A DNA stretch of 36,725 bases from a virus (IMGVR_UViG_3300020248_000004:1-36725); one strand, 5' to 3'. Numbered from the stretch's first letter, positions 16,801 through 26,973 are shown. Made by a program: numbers and translations. Notes: a model not told the origin generated them from the sequence alone.

Positions 16801-18791
16801 ATACCATAACCTAACCAATCATCTACTAATTTTTCAGCTTTAATAATTTCTGCACCTGCTTTATCTATAGCAGCTTGACTTTTTTTAGTTTTCTTACCAG
16901 CATTTTTTTTAATTATATCTATAAAGTTTTGAGTAGAGTTTGCAACTCTATCTGTAGCTATTTGCAAGCCTTGTTGGTTAATAACAACTTCTTCATCATC
17001 AGGTAATCTATTTTGTAGTAATGCTTTTTTTCTTGTGTACTCTTGAAAAAATTTTAAATTCTTTTTATCTATACCTATCTTGCCTTTACTATCTACCATT
17101 TTACCTAATGCACCTTCTTGCGTTTCAAACTGACTTTTTCTTTCAGCACCTTTAAATCCTCCTTCATCTTTCTTTTTTCTTACTTTGGCAGTTATTAAAT
17201 CTTTTTTACCTTTCTGCATATCTTTAATGCGATTCATTTTCTGTGGATTTAATTGTGTATTACCTAAATCCAAGTCAGGTTGACTATCTAGTTTGTTTAG
17301 TGGTGTTTGTATTTTATTTGCAAAGTCTTGTAGTATTTTTACTTCTAAATTTAAACCACTTGTATTTGAAACCGAAGCACTAGCACTACCTGTCTGTTCT
17401 TTTACTAATGATTTTATTTTTGCGTGTACTTTGTCTCCATGTAATCTAACTTCTTTTTCTGTAAAGCCTTGATCTAAAAATACTTTTAGCATCTTTCCAT
17501 CATTCTGTGCTTTTACTTTTCTTCCATTTCTTAAAGACCAAGACATCTTATCGAAGTCAGATTGGAATTGTATATTGGCAGACCCATAACGAGGTTTAGT
17601 TCTTTTGTAAGCTTCTGGTGCTATAAAAGTAAGATCTTGTGTAACCTCTGTTTGAACTGCTGGTTTTTTTTGTTCTCCAAAATCTATATCTGATTGTAAA
17701 ACTTTTCCTTTTTTAGTTACTGTTAACTGACTAGGATCAAATTTTACTGATTGAAATGCACCTTTTTTACTTTTAAAAGAAACAGTAAATTTACCAGTAG
17801 ACTCATCAAAACCAACAACAGTTCCTATGTTTCCTCTATCTGCTGCTTTTACTCTGCTGCCTAAAGGAATACTATCTTCATTTATATTTGTTGTTTGTTG
17901 TTTTTGGCTGCTGATTTCTTGATCTAATTTATCAGTATCTACACCCTCTTGTTTTAATTTTTGTTTTTGTTTTTTTGATACTGTATCTATATTCTTTACT
18001 GCATCATTAATAGTTTTTTTATCTTGTTTAGTTAATATTGCATCTGCTTCTGCTGGTGTTTTACCTTTAATTTTGTTAAAAATACCGCCTAAACCTTCTA
18101 ATGAACCTTTAAAACCAGCACCAAAAGCACCACCAAAACCTAAACTTAATAAATATTCATCACGAGTTACATCATCTCCTAATAAATCTCTAAGGAAAGT
18201 TTCACCCACACCAAAGCCAGCACCAAAAGCACCACTTTTTGCAACACCTTTTAAACCTTTTGCTGTTGTGCCAGCAGGTATTATTTGTACAAGACCAGCA
18301 GCTACAGCTTCCGCTTGACTTATTTTTTTTACACCCCTAGCTTTTTGTGCTGCGATATTTGCATAGTAACCAACAGCAAACTGACCTCCACCATAAGCTG
18401 CAATACCTAAAGGACCAAGAGCTAATAAAGGTGCAAAAGCTAAATCAGCACCTATACCAGTACCTATTTCTATACCTAAACCTTTTGCTAACCCTGACAG
18501 GTTTTGTTGTGGCTTTTCTTCTGTTAAATCATTAAATATATTATTACTAAAATCAAAATCCTGTGAAGCAAAATCAAAAGTTTCTTCATCAAATAAAGTG
18601 TTATTTACATAATCATCAAACTTAGATTCTGTTTTAAAAACATTAGTAAAAGAAGAATTAATTACTTGATTTTCAAGGTCTTTTAGTTCTGTATTAGATG
18701 GTTGTTGATTAAGGCTATCAACAATGTTGGAGTCTGTTTTTTCTTCTTCTTTATTATCAAGAAGGCTTTTAACAATATTTGAGTCTGTCAT
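13830..18791 (-). CDS. gp16: Large internal virion protein (gp16-like)
   Basis: 1653 aa, position before the tail fibre, Gly/Ala hydrophobic segments, F.RTPTN motif. Confidence 0.8.
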   Translation of the reverse strand: MTDSNIVKSLLDNKEEEKTDSNIVDSLNQQPSNTELKDLENQVINSSFTNVFKTESKFDDYVNNTLFDEETFDFASQDFDFSNNIFNDLTEEKPQQNLSGLAKGLGIEIGTGIGADLAFAPLLALGPLGIAAYGGGQFAVGYYANIAAQKARGVKKISQAEAVAAGLVQIIPAGTTAKGLKGVAKSGAFGAGFGVGETFLRDLLGDDVTRDEYLLSLGFGGAFGAGFKGSLEGLGGIFNKIKGKTPAEADAILTKQDKKTINDAVKNIDTVSKKQKQKLKQEGVDTDKLDQEISSQKQQTTNINEDSIPLGSRVKAADRGNIGTVVGFDESTGKFTVSFKSKKGAFQSVKFDPSQLTVTKKGKVLQSDIDFGEQKKPAVQTEVTQDLTFIAPEAYKRTKPRYGSANIQFQSDFDKMSWSLRNGRKVKAQNDGKMLKVFLDQGFTEKEVRLHGDKVHAKIKSLVKEQTGSASASVSNTSGLNLEVKILQDFANKIQTPLNKLDSQPDLDLGNTQLNPQKMNRIKDMQKGKKDLITAKVRKKKDEGGFKGAERKSQFETQEGALGKMVDSKGKIGIDKKNLKFFQEYTRKKALLQNRLPDDEEVVINQQGLQIATDRVANSTQNFIDIIKKNAGKKTKKSQAAIDKAGAEIIKAEKLVDDWLGYGIPLGTRLGRALQAFKNKPIEGIEGMTPAEVMKLSPLEKKNLTAQNRDVSPALTKLIEQSQDFQENLLAKIKEGHETGDYSQVIKVAQDMKEAGGSIENMVKLYNADAFGKTLKLANQTSRVINEVGINGVLSGLPSQRINLYSGIVQSFLGNMKNFSGTLDVANGKGLIRKEGVEAATRHLFAMMYNFDFGLKVWKRSWDMEDNFINVGNSKIETGQRFVISSESPYFPLRTAINSTGKIIRLPSRLMTSNDALIQTPNILGSTAYHATMEALKKGLKGQDLDDYVKGSLDGVIAYILKGQEGELGRLKPLEGDTFFKKGIGPREFIADPVLAKIFQRAKNFGKEITYTQQIRGGRSDDVTDPLGLFAEEINNLAIQYPPMRTFFKFTRTPTNMIKDIMRYIPVINTPARFGGKKNYNFLNAFLLPEIAADLRSPDPQVRTNTRGQIYMGNAFATILGFLAYKEIYQPANEFISSSEYDSEDKIPKTFLTGGGPSWKTKEGAAKHLSLLRSGWLPYARAYLMYDEDGEILFDEDGKPKYNYVSYEDLPDPVLSFVKAWVDFQEMSPFFTKKLDRIYDEYTIGWTGFIGRVITNKSYVQQVNETMDMFTALPEVGGGGVDPDDTISYERQRNIAYLSRLFESSVTPYSSLWEDILRLPADVTAQILGIDEQKAQQLRKEGSEGLTKYAIEVLGKEIKLGAVKNKRLIRLFAKMDTKTYSGDFSDLTRNIKNLRYLTSEDKLGLSDQDYNEVNGALQYLHGLLQQMKANVPSNVGGDLPFQVEHITNDVVTYPSRRGFNVFTNAKHSKSNNNLLHEASYTIGRLLPEPPNIIRGSKVKNFVRNSNFSSKLFKPIKLNTKQYNDLKKYVNTTVLSISGKSYNNADALKAYIKGELERVEDGFRVKDQYSYEANKQQIETYGLSSEEGQIAANRIFKVMNGINQDFINAGIEKYIKANFSEEELEARINVKLDQQNKYNEEMEEILDTLNLKRF

Positions 18792-18792
18792 G

Positions 18793-21504
18793 TTAGTTCT
18801 TTAGAAACTGTTTATAAGAATTATTTTTGTATGCACTCCAAGCATTAAGTCCTTGCTCATCATATAGTCGCTTGGCTGCAATTACATTAATAATAGGGTC
18901 GTACAACTCTTCTTCAGATTCAATATCAAATACATTTAATAATCTGTCTCTATCATCTTTCATATTTAGTTGTAACAAGCCTATAGAAAATTCATTTTCT
19001 TTTTTTGGATCAGTTCCAGATTTGACAGTATCAATCATTGGATCACCTGCTGACTCTGCCATTGCCACAGCAGCCATAATTTTTGCAATGTCTGGTTCAA
19101 AACCTACAGCTAATAGCATTTCTTCTATTTTAGGTTGAGGTATTACTTTTGTCTTGTCTGTATCTTTTAAAATATCGTCTAATGCTTTTATCTGATTATT
19201 TTTTACTTCTTTCATATTTATCCTTTCAACCATTGGTACAATTAATTCGTCACCTACTCTTATCAAATCTGCGTTAGTTATATTGTTTGCTTCCATAAAC
19301 GCTTTTAAAGGCACATTAAATTCTTCTGCTAACTGACTTAAAGTATCTCCCTGTTCAACTTCAACTGTAGTAGGTGAGTCACCACTAAAAGCACTAGCTT
19401 CTAAATCGTCACTTAATAATTTTTCATTTCTTGTTTCTGTTTGATTGTCTTCAAAAGTTGCATTATAAAAATCAACATTAAAATTTTCAAATGATTTTAT
19501 TTTTAAATTTTGACGTAACGATTCACCAGCAGGTGTAACTGAACCATTAATAGATACAACTGTAGTAGTTGGTCCTACTTGTAATTCATTAGTATTAACT
19601 TCACTAAATAACTTTGTATTTGTATCGTAAGTTAAAACTTTTTGTTCTTGTATATTTACTGTTTTGCCATCATCTTGACCATCATCATCTTCTACAACTT
19701 CTACAAATTCTTGTGATAAATCTAAAGCTGGATCATAAAACTCATAGTTACCAAACCTTTTTGAATTTTTTATTTTTCTTAAATTACCTAAATACCAATT
19801 TCTAACTGTTGTTGTCTTACCATCTTTATCTATCTGAGCATCAAGTCCTCCATTTTCTTTTACTAATTTTTTTAATTCTGTATTTAAATCTTGCATTTTA
19901 TCTACGTCATCAGCATCTTTATAACTAACTACACCTGATGCTAAATTTACTTTTCCAATAGTTCTTTGACCATACTTTATTAACTCTTTCATTGCTGGAA
20001 ATCTTTGTTCTAAAGTTTTACCTTCTGTTTTACTTAAATATTTTTTTAATTGAGTATATTTTTCTCTGTCTGCTTTAGAAGCATTTGGTCCTAAAGCTTG
20101 CATGACATCTGTTAGTTGTATTAAGGCTTGACTTTGCGTTACTGTACCTGCATCATATTCTGTTTCTAATTCAAAAAAGAAATCATCAACACTAAAGTTT
20201 CTAAGATCATATTGTTTATATAAAAATTCAATTTGCTCTGGGTATTTTTCAGCTAGTGCATCTAATGTATTGCCTATATTTTTAAAATAATTTAATGCTT
20301 CTTTACCATCTTTAAATTGAGTACGAGAAAAATCTACATTATTTAAAGTATCAGATATAGTATTTTGGTCGTTTATCATATTGTAATCATTTTGTTTTTT
20401 CTTTATATCTTCTTTCTTGTCATATATATCTGTTAGTAGAGTTTCAATTTTATCTTCACCATCTGCTATATAAAAACTACTTAAAGGCTGTTGTATTACA
20501 TTTCCATTTTTTAATATTGTTTTTGGTCCTACTTTCAAATTACCTATCCAGTTAATATATTCTTCTACTTCTTCATAAGCAATATCCATATCAAGATTAT
20601 TGCTTTCATAATAATCAAGAATTTTTAATACATTTGTTTTTACTTGTCCTATCATTTTTGAAGGCGATACTGCGGTAGCAAGACCTCTGTTAACCATAGA
20701 ATCTACATTATCTTGTAATTCTTCTAAAGCTAAAAATTCTCCCTGCGAAAGACCATTATTTTTTATTCTGTCTTTTTCTGTATAGTTATCATCTATTAAA
20801 TTTAATTCTATATTGTCGTTATAGTTATCTATGCTAAACCAAGAATTTAAAACTGAATCGTTAAACAATATACTAGCTTGTTTAATTTTTGACTCTGCTA
20901 ACTTTGTTTCTTGATCGTTAAATACTTTTTGTAATGCAAGATTTTGTTTTGGTAATATATGTTCTCTTATTAAACTAGCTCTTATACCTCTAGTATTGGC
21001 TAGTTGTGTGTTTTGAAATTCAGTAATTGCGTTATCAAAAGCTTCAGAGTTTACATCAAATTGAGATAAAGGTTGTTGTATGGTTGTACCATTTGGTAAA
21101 TCAACATTTACAACATATTCATCAAAAAACTTTTTTGTTTTTGCTTCTTGTCCATTGGCTATATTGATTGCTAATTGTTTTTCTATTCCATATTGCATAA
21201 ATCTATTCGTACCAAGAAACTGTCTAAAAGTTTTTTTATCAGCTTTTGCTTCTACTTCTTTTCTTATTTCTATAAGTTCTTTAGGTGATGCACCTAATAC
21301 TTTTAATTGTCCTTCTTCTATATCTCTTTGTCTATTTTCATTTCCTTTTATTTGTATAAAATTTTGCAATGTAGGATTTACTATTGCTAACATTTCAGCC
21401 AAATCTGCCATGCCACTTTTTCGTGTAGCAGTAACAGGCTGCACAAAAGTATTAACTGGTGTTCTAAAACTTTCCCCTGCTGTGCTTTGAAAACTAGATG
21501 TCAT
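18793..21504 (-). CDS. gp15: Internal virion protein (gp15-like) with C-terminal LysM and lytic transglycosylase domains
   Basis: LysM motif VEQGDTLSQLA.EF.V....EANNI.N...I.VG..L.VP and SLT motifs AMAES, S.GLLQLN, L.DP..N..AA, G..AW. Confidence 0.85.
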   Translation of the reverse strand: MTSSFQSTAGESFRTPVNTFVQPVTATRKSGMADLAEMLAIVNPTLQNFIQIKGNENRQRDIEEGQLKVLGASPKELIEIRKEVEAKADKKTFRQFLGTNRFMQYGIEKQLAINIANGQEAKTKKFFDEYVVNVDLPNGTTIQQPLSQFDVNSEAFDNAITEFQNTQLANTRGIRASLIREHILPKQNLALQKVFNDQETKLAESKIKQASILFNDSVLNSWFSIDNYNDNIELNLIDDNYTEKDRIKNNGLSQGEFLALEELQDNVDSMVNRGLATAVSPSKMIGQVKTNVLKILDYYESNNLDMDIAYEEVEEYINWIGNLKVGPKTILKNGNVIQQPLSSFYIADGEDKIETLLTDIYDKKEDIKKKQNDYNMINDQNTISDTLNNVDFSRTQFKDGKEALNYFKNIGNTLDALAEKYPEQIEFLYKQYDLRNFSVDDFFFELETEYDAGTVTQSQALIQLTDVMQALGPNASKADREKYTQLKKYLSKTEGKTLEQRFPAMKELIKYGQRTIGKVNLASGVVSYKDADDVDKMQDLNTELKKLVKENGGLDAQIDKDGKTTTVRNWYLGNLRKIKNSKRFGNYEFYDPALDLSQEFVEVVEDDDGQDDGKTVNIQEQKVLTYDTNTKLFSEVNTNELQVGPTTTVVSINGSVTPAGESLRQNLKIKSFENFNVDFYNATFEDNQTETRNEKLLSDDLEASAFSGDSPTTVEVEQGDTLSQLAEEFNVPLKAFMEANNITNADLIRVGDELIVPMVERINMKEVKNNQIKALDDILKDTDKTKVIPQPKIEEMLLAVGFEPDIAKIMAAVAMAESAGDPMIDTVKSGTDPKKENEFSIGLLQLNMKDDRDRLLNVFDIESEEELYDPIINVIAAKRLYDEQGLNAWSAYKNNSYKQFLKN

Positions 21505-21507
21505 AAT

Positions 21508-22047
21508 TTAACCCATATTAAATATATTGTTTTCCATACCAAGTTCAGTATTAAACGCACTTGTAGCAGCACCTAAAAGAATTGATCCTGTTGTAGGTAT
21601 TTGATTATAAGCATTAATAGTATTACTTCTTAATCTATTTCTAATTCCTTGATATTCTGCTTCAGTTGATTTGACATCAAACAAATATTGTCTGTTCATT
21701 GATTCAATACTTTGTCTTATTTTTTCATTGTAGTTTGCACCTTGTCTTATTTGATCCATTACTAATAAATTTGTGGTAACACCAACTTGTCCTTTTGCTA
21801 ATAAAGCTTTAGTTCCTTTTAATGTATCAATAGCTTTAGCAAATTTATCTTGTCTAGCAGCTACAGTTTTCTCTTCTTTACCTTCAGATAAAGCCCTTTG
21901 CTTTTGTCTTTTATTATCTTCAGCAGATTGTGTACCTTCTAATTCTTGTTGGTAAGTTTGATTGGCAGCGTCTTTTGCAGCACCACGCATAGCAAGTCCT
22001 TGAAATAAACTTAAACCTCCACTAATACCAGCAGCAATAGAACACAT
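21508..22047 (-). CDS. gp14: Internal virion protein (gp14-like)
   Basis: MC start, Ala/Gly-rich termini, synteny. Confidence 0.75.
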   Translation of the reverse strand: MCSIAAGISGGLSLFQGLAMRGAAKDAANQTYQQELEGTQSAEDNKRQKQRALSEGKEEKTVAARQDKFAKAIDTLKGTKALLAKGQVGVTTNLLVMDQIRQGANYNEKIRQSIESMNRQYLFDVKSTEAEYQGIRNRLRSNTINAYNQIPTTGSILLGAATSAFNTELGMENNIFNMG

Positions 22048-22500
22048 TTAAGCGATCCTCAGAAATTCATAAAATGGTTTTTCATGTTGACCATACTTTT
22101 CGTGATAATTTATAAAAACAAAACCGAGAGCTTCTAACCACTTTATAGCAGTATGATTCTCTGCATATACAAAATTATATAAGACTTTATAAGATTTCAA
22201 CAAACTGTCTATCCATTTTCTACCTTTTCTTATTAATTGTATTTTGTATTTTTTATTAGAAAACAATTCATCAGTACAAATCATAAATATACAACCATCT
22301 TTAGCAACACCACATAAGCCCATAGGTTGATCTTCGTCACCTGCTATTGTTAATACTGTTTTACCAAACAAATAAGATAAGCGTAAAGCATCTTCTGGGT
22401 CTTGTCCTGTTTGATATAAACCTTCTAATCTATCCATCTGTCTCATATTTTGACATACATAGTTAAGATCTGATAGTTTTGATTTTCTTAAATATCCCAT
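22048..22500 (-). CDS. gp13: gp13-like internal virion / GNAT-fold protein
   Basis: LYNFV..EN..AI.WL..LGF motif, synteny. Confidence 0.8.
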   Translation of the reverse strand: MGYLRKSKLSDLNYVCQNMRQMDRLEGLYQTGQDPEDALRLSYLFGKTVLTIAGDEDQPMGLCGVAKDGCIFMICTDELFSNKKYKIQLIRKGRKWIDSLLKSYKVLYNFVYAENHTAIKWLEALGFVFINYHEKYGQHEKPFYEFLRIA

Positions 22501-24956
22501 TAAGCTCTTCTACTCCTCATGTGAAATACTCCTTCAAATTCTGCACTAGCTAATAAAGTAGGCAAGAACGTATTGTTTTTTACATCTATGTCTACTCTAT
22601 CTGATTTGCTCATAATCGGTACTTTAAATGTACCTGTATCTAAATTAATCTCACCAATCGAAGCAGAAGCAGAACCAAGCAAACGACCAGTAAATTTATG
22701 TAATGATGTATCTCTATTCTCAGGTGTTACTTCTACTTGAAAGAAACCAGAGTCTTCATATTTAATATAAAAATGATGTATTTGTAATCGACCACTTATA
22801 AGTTCAGAAGCACCTCCACCACCTTGAGTTAATCTTTGTTTACTAAATCTATAGTGCATTTCAAAAGGTTCACCAATAATAAATTTACTATTTCTAAAAT
22901 CACCTGTTGCTGTAATTGTAGAAGTAGATCCATCTGATGTATTGGTAGTTGTAAGTGCTTGTCCTGATACAAGAGTTTTGGTATTTCCTTCAGCATCTAC
23001 AAACGTACTTGTTTCATTACTAGCAAGATAACGACCAATAATATTCATATTGGCTCTTAATCTATAAGGAACTGTAAATGTAGAAATACCAGTAGCAGAG
23101 TTATAAGCAACAGATACACCGCTAGTTGCTTCAGTTACTTTATGATCTAGATGATATTCAAAACTAGCATTAGGTTCTCTAAAATTAGTTTCAAATGGTA
23201 TCTTTTCTAAAGTCACACCATTAGCTTCTTCTACAACCAGTATTAAATCAGTACCAATAAAATCAATATTTAAAATTGATCTATTACTATTAAATGTATA
23301 AGTAAACCAAGCGTTTAATGCTTTGCTAAAACCTTCACCATATAACCATCTGTTTACATATAACTTGTTTGGATTTTCTGTACCAAGTAAAACAAGAATA
23401 TCTTGGTTGTTTGATACTGCCATTTTAAAAATGCCACTTGGTATTAGTCTTGGTACATGAATTGTTGTGTTTGCAGCATCTTGGATTTGTTGACCACCTG
23501 AAATAATATATTCTCTAATACCTGCAAAAGAACCTTTTTTAGTTAAGAAATAAATAGAAGAACCAGAACCAACAGGCTGTGCTGCTGCGTTACTTTCAAA
23601 CTCAGTTTGTACCAGTACGTTAGCTGTTGAAGGAGTAAGGTTATCTGCTGAACTTGATAATACAAATTGCGTTTGTTCAGAAAACAATATAAGTTTTTCT
23701 CCCATAGTTACTGCGTGTTTAAGTATCGCAACCTTTGTATGAGATGCAGCTACGTCTATGGGTTCAGTATCTAAAACTGATATAACTGTTTCTGGAAAAA
23801 AATTAAAAAATTCTGAAACTGTTGAAAGTATTACATTATCTGCTGCAAGAAATCCAAGTCTGTTTCTAAAGAAAAATACGTTATTAATCTTATTACCAAT
23901 AAAAGAAGGATTTGGTGATGATACTAAATCACCTACAACACGTTCACCCCATTGAGGTAATGTAAAATCAGTTCCAGATATTGTATATGTATCTCCATCT
24001 ACTCTTGCAAATCTAAAATTACCATCAGCCTGACGTATAAGAACGTGTGGCATTGTGTCGTAATTAAATTTAAAAGGTATGCCAGCTTCTACTGTTTCTT
24101 GCCATTGCCCTTCTTCTAAAGCATTACCATTATTAGTTGTGAATTTAACATAGTAATTATCAAAGTCTGTACCTTCATCACCAACAATTTCTACTACATA
24201 TCCATTAGGTGACACATTAGGAAGATCAGTAAACTGTTGTACTGTATCTTTGATAATAGTCATCTTTGTATTACCTTGAGAGTCGTTACCGTCTATTGAA
24301 AAATTGCTACCATCATTTTTTTTAATATGTATTACAGGACCATTTCTAGCAATCGTAAAACCTGTAAGACCAGAATTTAAACCACCTGCAAGATCAGAAG
24401 CTACAGTATCAGTTGATAAAGGATCATTACCAGTAGTGTCATCTGTAACTGTTACACCATCTACAGTTACCGAATAAGTTGTTTTAGATGTTGCTTGTTT
24501 TATAAATATAATTGCTTGAGTTATATTACTGGCACTATTTGATACTGCTGAATCCATTGCTGTTGTAATACTTGTATTAACAACAAAAGTGAAGTCAGCA
24601 ATAGTTACTGTCTTCATTACACTTCTAGGGTTTGATGTATTTAAATAGTTAGTGCCATCTGGTTTGTTTACTGTTTTTTCTGTACCATCTAATTCAAAAA
24701 CTTTGACATCACCATTACTAAATATTGCTACATACTGTTCATTGGCATCTCTATTTATAGTTTGTATGTGAACATTACCAAGAGTAGAGTTGCTAATTCC
24801 AGCTAAAAATTGTGATCCTGATCTTTTTGAAAGACCAAGAACAGGGTTGCTATCAGCATTGTCTTGTATGTCAGCATGATCTGCTTGCTTCAAAGCATCA
24901 GAAGACTGAGATATACCTCTTAATAATGTAGGTATAGCTCTTGATATAACACCCAT
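22500..24956 (-). CDS. gp12: Tail tubular protein B
   Basis: LL.GISQ..D, GL.KR.G, TMPH.L, PSF.G..I...FF.NRLGFL. Confidence 0.93.
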   Translation of the reverse strand: MGVISRAIPTLLRGISQSSDALKQADHADIQDNADSNPVLGLSKRSGSQFLAGISNSTLGNVHIQTINRDANEQYVAIFSNGDVKVFELDGTEKTVNKPDGTNYLNTSNPRSVMKTVTIADFTFVVNTSITTAMDSAVSNSASNITQAIIFIKQATSKTTYSVTVDGVTVTDDTTGNDPLSTDTVASDLAGGLNSGLTGFTIARNGPVIHIKKNDGSNFSIDGNDSQGNTKMTIIKDTVQQFTDLPNVSPNGYVVEIVGDEGTDFDNYYVKFTTNNGNALEEGQWQETVEAGIPFKFNYDTMPHVLIRQADGNFRFARVDGDTYTISGTDFTLPQWGERVVGDLVSSPNPSFIGNKINNVFFFRNRLGFLAADNVILSTVSEFFNFFPETVISVLDTEPIDVAASHTKVAILKHAVTMGEKLILFSEQTQFVLSSSADNLTPSTANVLVQTEFESNAAAQPVGSGSSIYFLTKKGSFAGIREYIISGGQQIQDAANTTIHVPRLIPSGIFKMAVSNNQDILVLLGTENPNKLYVNRWLYGEGFSKALNAWFTYTFNSNRSILNIDFIGTDLILVVEEANGVTLEKIPFETNFREPNASFEYHLDHKVTEATSGVSVAYNSATGISTFTVPYRLRANMNIIGRYLASNETSTFVDAEGNTKTLVSGQALTTTNTSDGSTSTITATGDFRNSKFIIGEPFEMHYRFSKQRLTQGGGGASELISGRLQIHHFYIKYEDSGFFQVEVTPENRDTSLHKFTGRLLGSASASIGEINLDTGTFKVPIMSKSDRVDIDVKNNTFLPTLLASAEFEGVFHMRSRRA

Positions 24957-24958
24957 AG

Positions 24959-25567
24959 TTATCTAATTAAAGCACTTGAAGGATTGTAAGTATCAAAGAT
25001 ACTGGTAAGAGAGGGATCACCTCTTAGTATATTGTGATCTCCATTTGATAAATCAGTCTCCATTAGTATTGCTCTAGCTCTTTGTTCGTCTTGTAATGTA
25101 TAAGTTCTTAATGCTTGGTCACTTACAATTCTGTCAACAAATTTTCTTGCAGCTTGTATATTTATATAGTGTCTAGCTGGTTCTGGTATTTCATCAAATT
25201 CTCTAAAATAAACAACAGTACAAATTAAATCCTCATCAAATTCATATTTATTATTTTGTCTGTCATATAATTTTGTGCCACGTTGTATAGGATCTATCGT
25301 TGGGTGATGATTAACATTAGCATCAATTCTAAGAATGTTTGTTGGCAAATTAATTTGATTTGATCCATCTCGTGTAAAGGTTACATCTATTTCTGTATTA
25401 AAAGACCAACCTTCTGATTGAATACTTTTATTTGCTTCAAGAAGAGTTGACTGTGCAGTAACGGCATCTGCTGGAAGTAACCCTACAAGACTGTTAATAG
25501 GAGCTTCACCTATAGCAGCAAGCATTATGTTGATACATTGAAGTTCAGTAGTTGCAGCTACAGCCAT
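24959..25567 (-). CDS. gp11: Tail tubular protein A
   Basis: EL..IN.ML.AIGEAP.N, QSEGW.FN.E. Confidence 0.93.
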   Translation of the reverse strand: MAVAATTELQCINIMLAAIGEAPINSLVGLLPADAVTAQSTLLEANKSIQSEGWSFNTEIDVTFTRDGSNQINLPTNILRIDANVNHHPTIDPIQRGTKLYDRQNNKYEFDEDLICTVVYFREFDEIPEPARHYINIQAARKFVDRIVSDQALRTYTLQDEQRARAILMETDLSNGDHNILRGDPSLTSIFDTYNPSSALIR

Positions 25568-25743
25568 TAGTTACCAGCCTCCTTTTCAGCTATTCTTCTT
25601 AATTTTTGAGTTTCTTTAAAAAACCTAGCCTTTTCAGCAAGCGTTGTTTTACCTGTATCGTTCATCTTTTGATTGTAAGCATCAAGATAAGCTTGACCTT
25701 TTAGACCAAGAATACCTTTTTTCTTTTTATTCTTGCCAAACAT
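25567..25743 (-). CDS. Basic hypothetical protein, 58 aa
   Basis: Hand-translated MFGKNKKKKGILGLKGQAYLDAYNQKMND...EKEAGN. TAATG coupling to gp11. Confidence 0.75.
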   Translation of the reverse strand: MFGKNKKKKGILGLKGQAYLDAYNQKMNDTGKTTLAEKARFFKETQKLRRIAEKEAGN

Positions 25744-25745
25744 AA

Positions 25746-25829
25746 TTAATACCCTTTGCTTTTAATTTTAAGTGAGTCTCTTCCACCTTTTTGTTTTTTC
25801 TTTTTTTTCTTTTTAGATGAATGATACAT
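25746..25829 (-). CDS. 27-aa poly-Lys peptide
   Basis: MYHSSKKKKKKKQKGGRDSLKIKSKGY. Shares the RDSLKI motif with other small ORFs. Confidence 0.6.
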   Translation of the reverse strand: MYHSSKKKKKKKQKGGRDSLKIKSKGY

Positions 25830-25830
25830 A

Positions 25831-25863
25831 ATAAAAAAAGGGTATCTAATAATAAGATACCCT
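25831..25863 (-). terminator. Intrinsic terminator after the capsid gene (T-phi position)
   Basis: AGGGTATCT-N7-AGATACCCT followed by TTTTTTATT. Confidence 0.88.
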
Positions 25864-25874
25864 ATAAATTGAAA

Positions 25875-26861
25875 TTAAGAAGCAGATAGCTTAATAGTAG
25901 CTGCACATTCTGGTCTTAAAATGCCATGACCTAACGCATACTTAGCAACCATTAAGGTTCCTTGATACATTATGCCATAATCTGAACCAGAGATTTCAGT
26001 TGTCATATCCATTAGTTTTACTGTACCAACAGCAGACTTGTGGAAGACAAGACCAATAGTTTTACTATCGTCACCTGAGTAAGTATTATTGGCACCGCTT
26101 GGATTGCTGCTGACATTACTCTGAGGTACGTTATTAGACATCATTATTGGGATGCCAGCAACTTGTTGTACCTTACCAGAAGCAAACGAACCATTACCCT
26201 GTGGGTTGAAGTCAACGTCTACAGTTCTTGTAGCAGACTCAGCAAGTTTGTAGTACTCAGCAGGTGGTAATACACAGAAACGATCTGTTGGAGGAATGTC
26301 TCTTTCATCAAATGTCTGTGCAATGTCATAGATAGCTGCTGCTATCTCGTCACCTGTGACGTTTGCTGAAGTTGTATTACCAGAAGCAAGTGTCAATACA
26401 AGACCACCATTACCACCACTAAGGTTAGTAGAAGCACGACTCGCATTAGCTATTTGCTTCGCTACGTTTTGATCGTATGTGCGAGCTAAAGCCTTGCCTA
26501 ATTCATCAGCGTAAGTAGCTCTTACGTCATAATGATTCTTGAGTTCATCAATGTTAGCAATGAAACTCTGTGCAATTAGAAGATCATCAATGTTGATAAT
26601 CTTTTCATTTGCCTTGATTTGGTTAGCACCAACAAGAGGTGTACCCACTGTATGATAAGCAGCCGTTGCAGTTCCTAATACTGGAAACTGTGCTGACTTA
26701 CCACTTGTGATAGTACGAACTGAATGAAGTTGCTCGTTAAAGATATTGTTTCTGGCAAACGCAGTTAGCACCTCGCCACTAAATACCTTTAAAAACAGGG
26801 CATCAAAATCTGTGCCTGTATTGTTGACCAAACCAAGGCGTGAGACTGTGGCGTTAGCCAT
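25875..26861 (-). CDS. gp10: Major capsid protein
   Basis: ALFLKVFSGEVLTAF, RTI.SGKSAQFPV.G, GHG.LRPECA. AAGGAG SD. Confidence 0.97.
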   Translation of the reverse strand: MANATVSRLGLVNNTGTDFDALFLKVFSGEVLTAFARNNIFNEQLHSVRTITSGKSAQFPVLGTATAAYHTVGTPLVGANQIKANEKIINIDDLLIAQSFIANIDELKNHYDVRATYADELGKALARTYDQNVAKQIANASRASTNLSGGNGGLVLTLASGNTTSANVTGDEIAAAIYDIAQTFDERDIPPTDRFCVLPPAEYYKLAESATRTVDVDFNPQGNGSFASGKVQQVAGIPIMMSNNVPQSNVSSNPSGANNTYSGDDSKTIGLVFHKSAVGTVKLMDMTTEISGSDYGIMYQGTLMVAKYALGHGILRPECAATIKLSAS

Positions 26862-26973
26862 AGAAAACTCCTTGATTAATGTTTACAAATTTGAGAAACT
26901 AACTTCGTTTCAATCCTTTCTCTCAAGTGGTATCTGACGCATCAGGCACAAGGATATTTAGATTTCTACTCTG

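Noticed and set aside
22850-22857. CACTATAG inside gp12 as a phage promoter
   Set aside because: It is a core-only match within coding sequence, with no upstream similarity to the 4878-4899 element.
25875-25920. T7-style capsid 10A/10B frameshift
   Set aside because: I see no slippery sequence, and a terminator follows directly.
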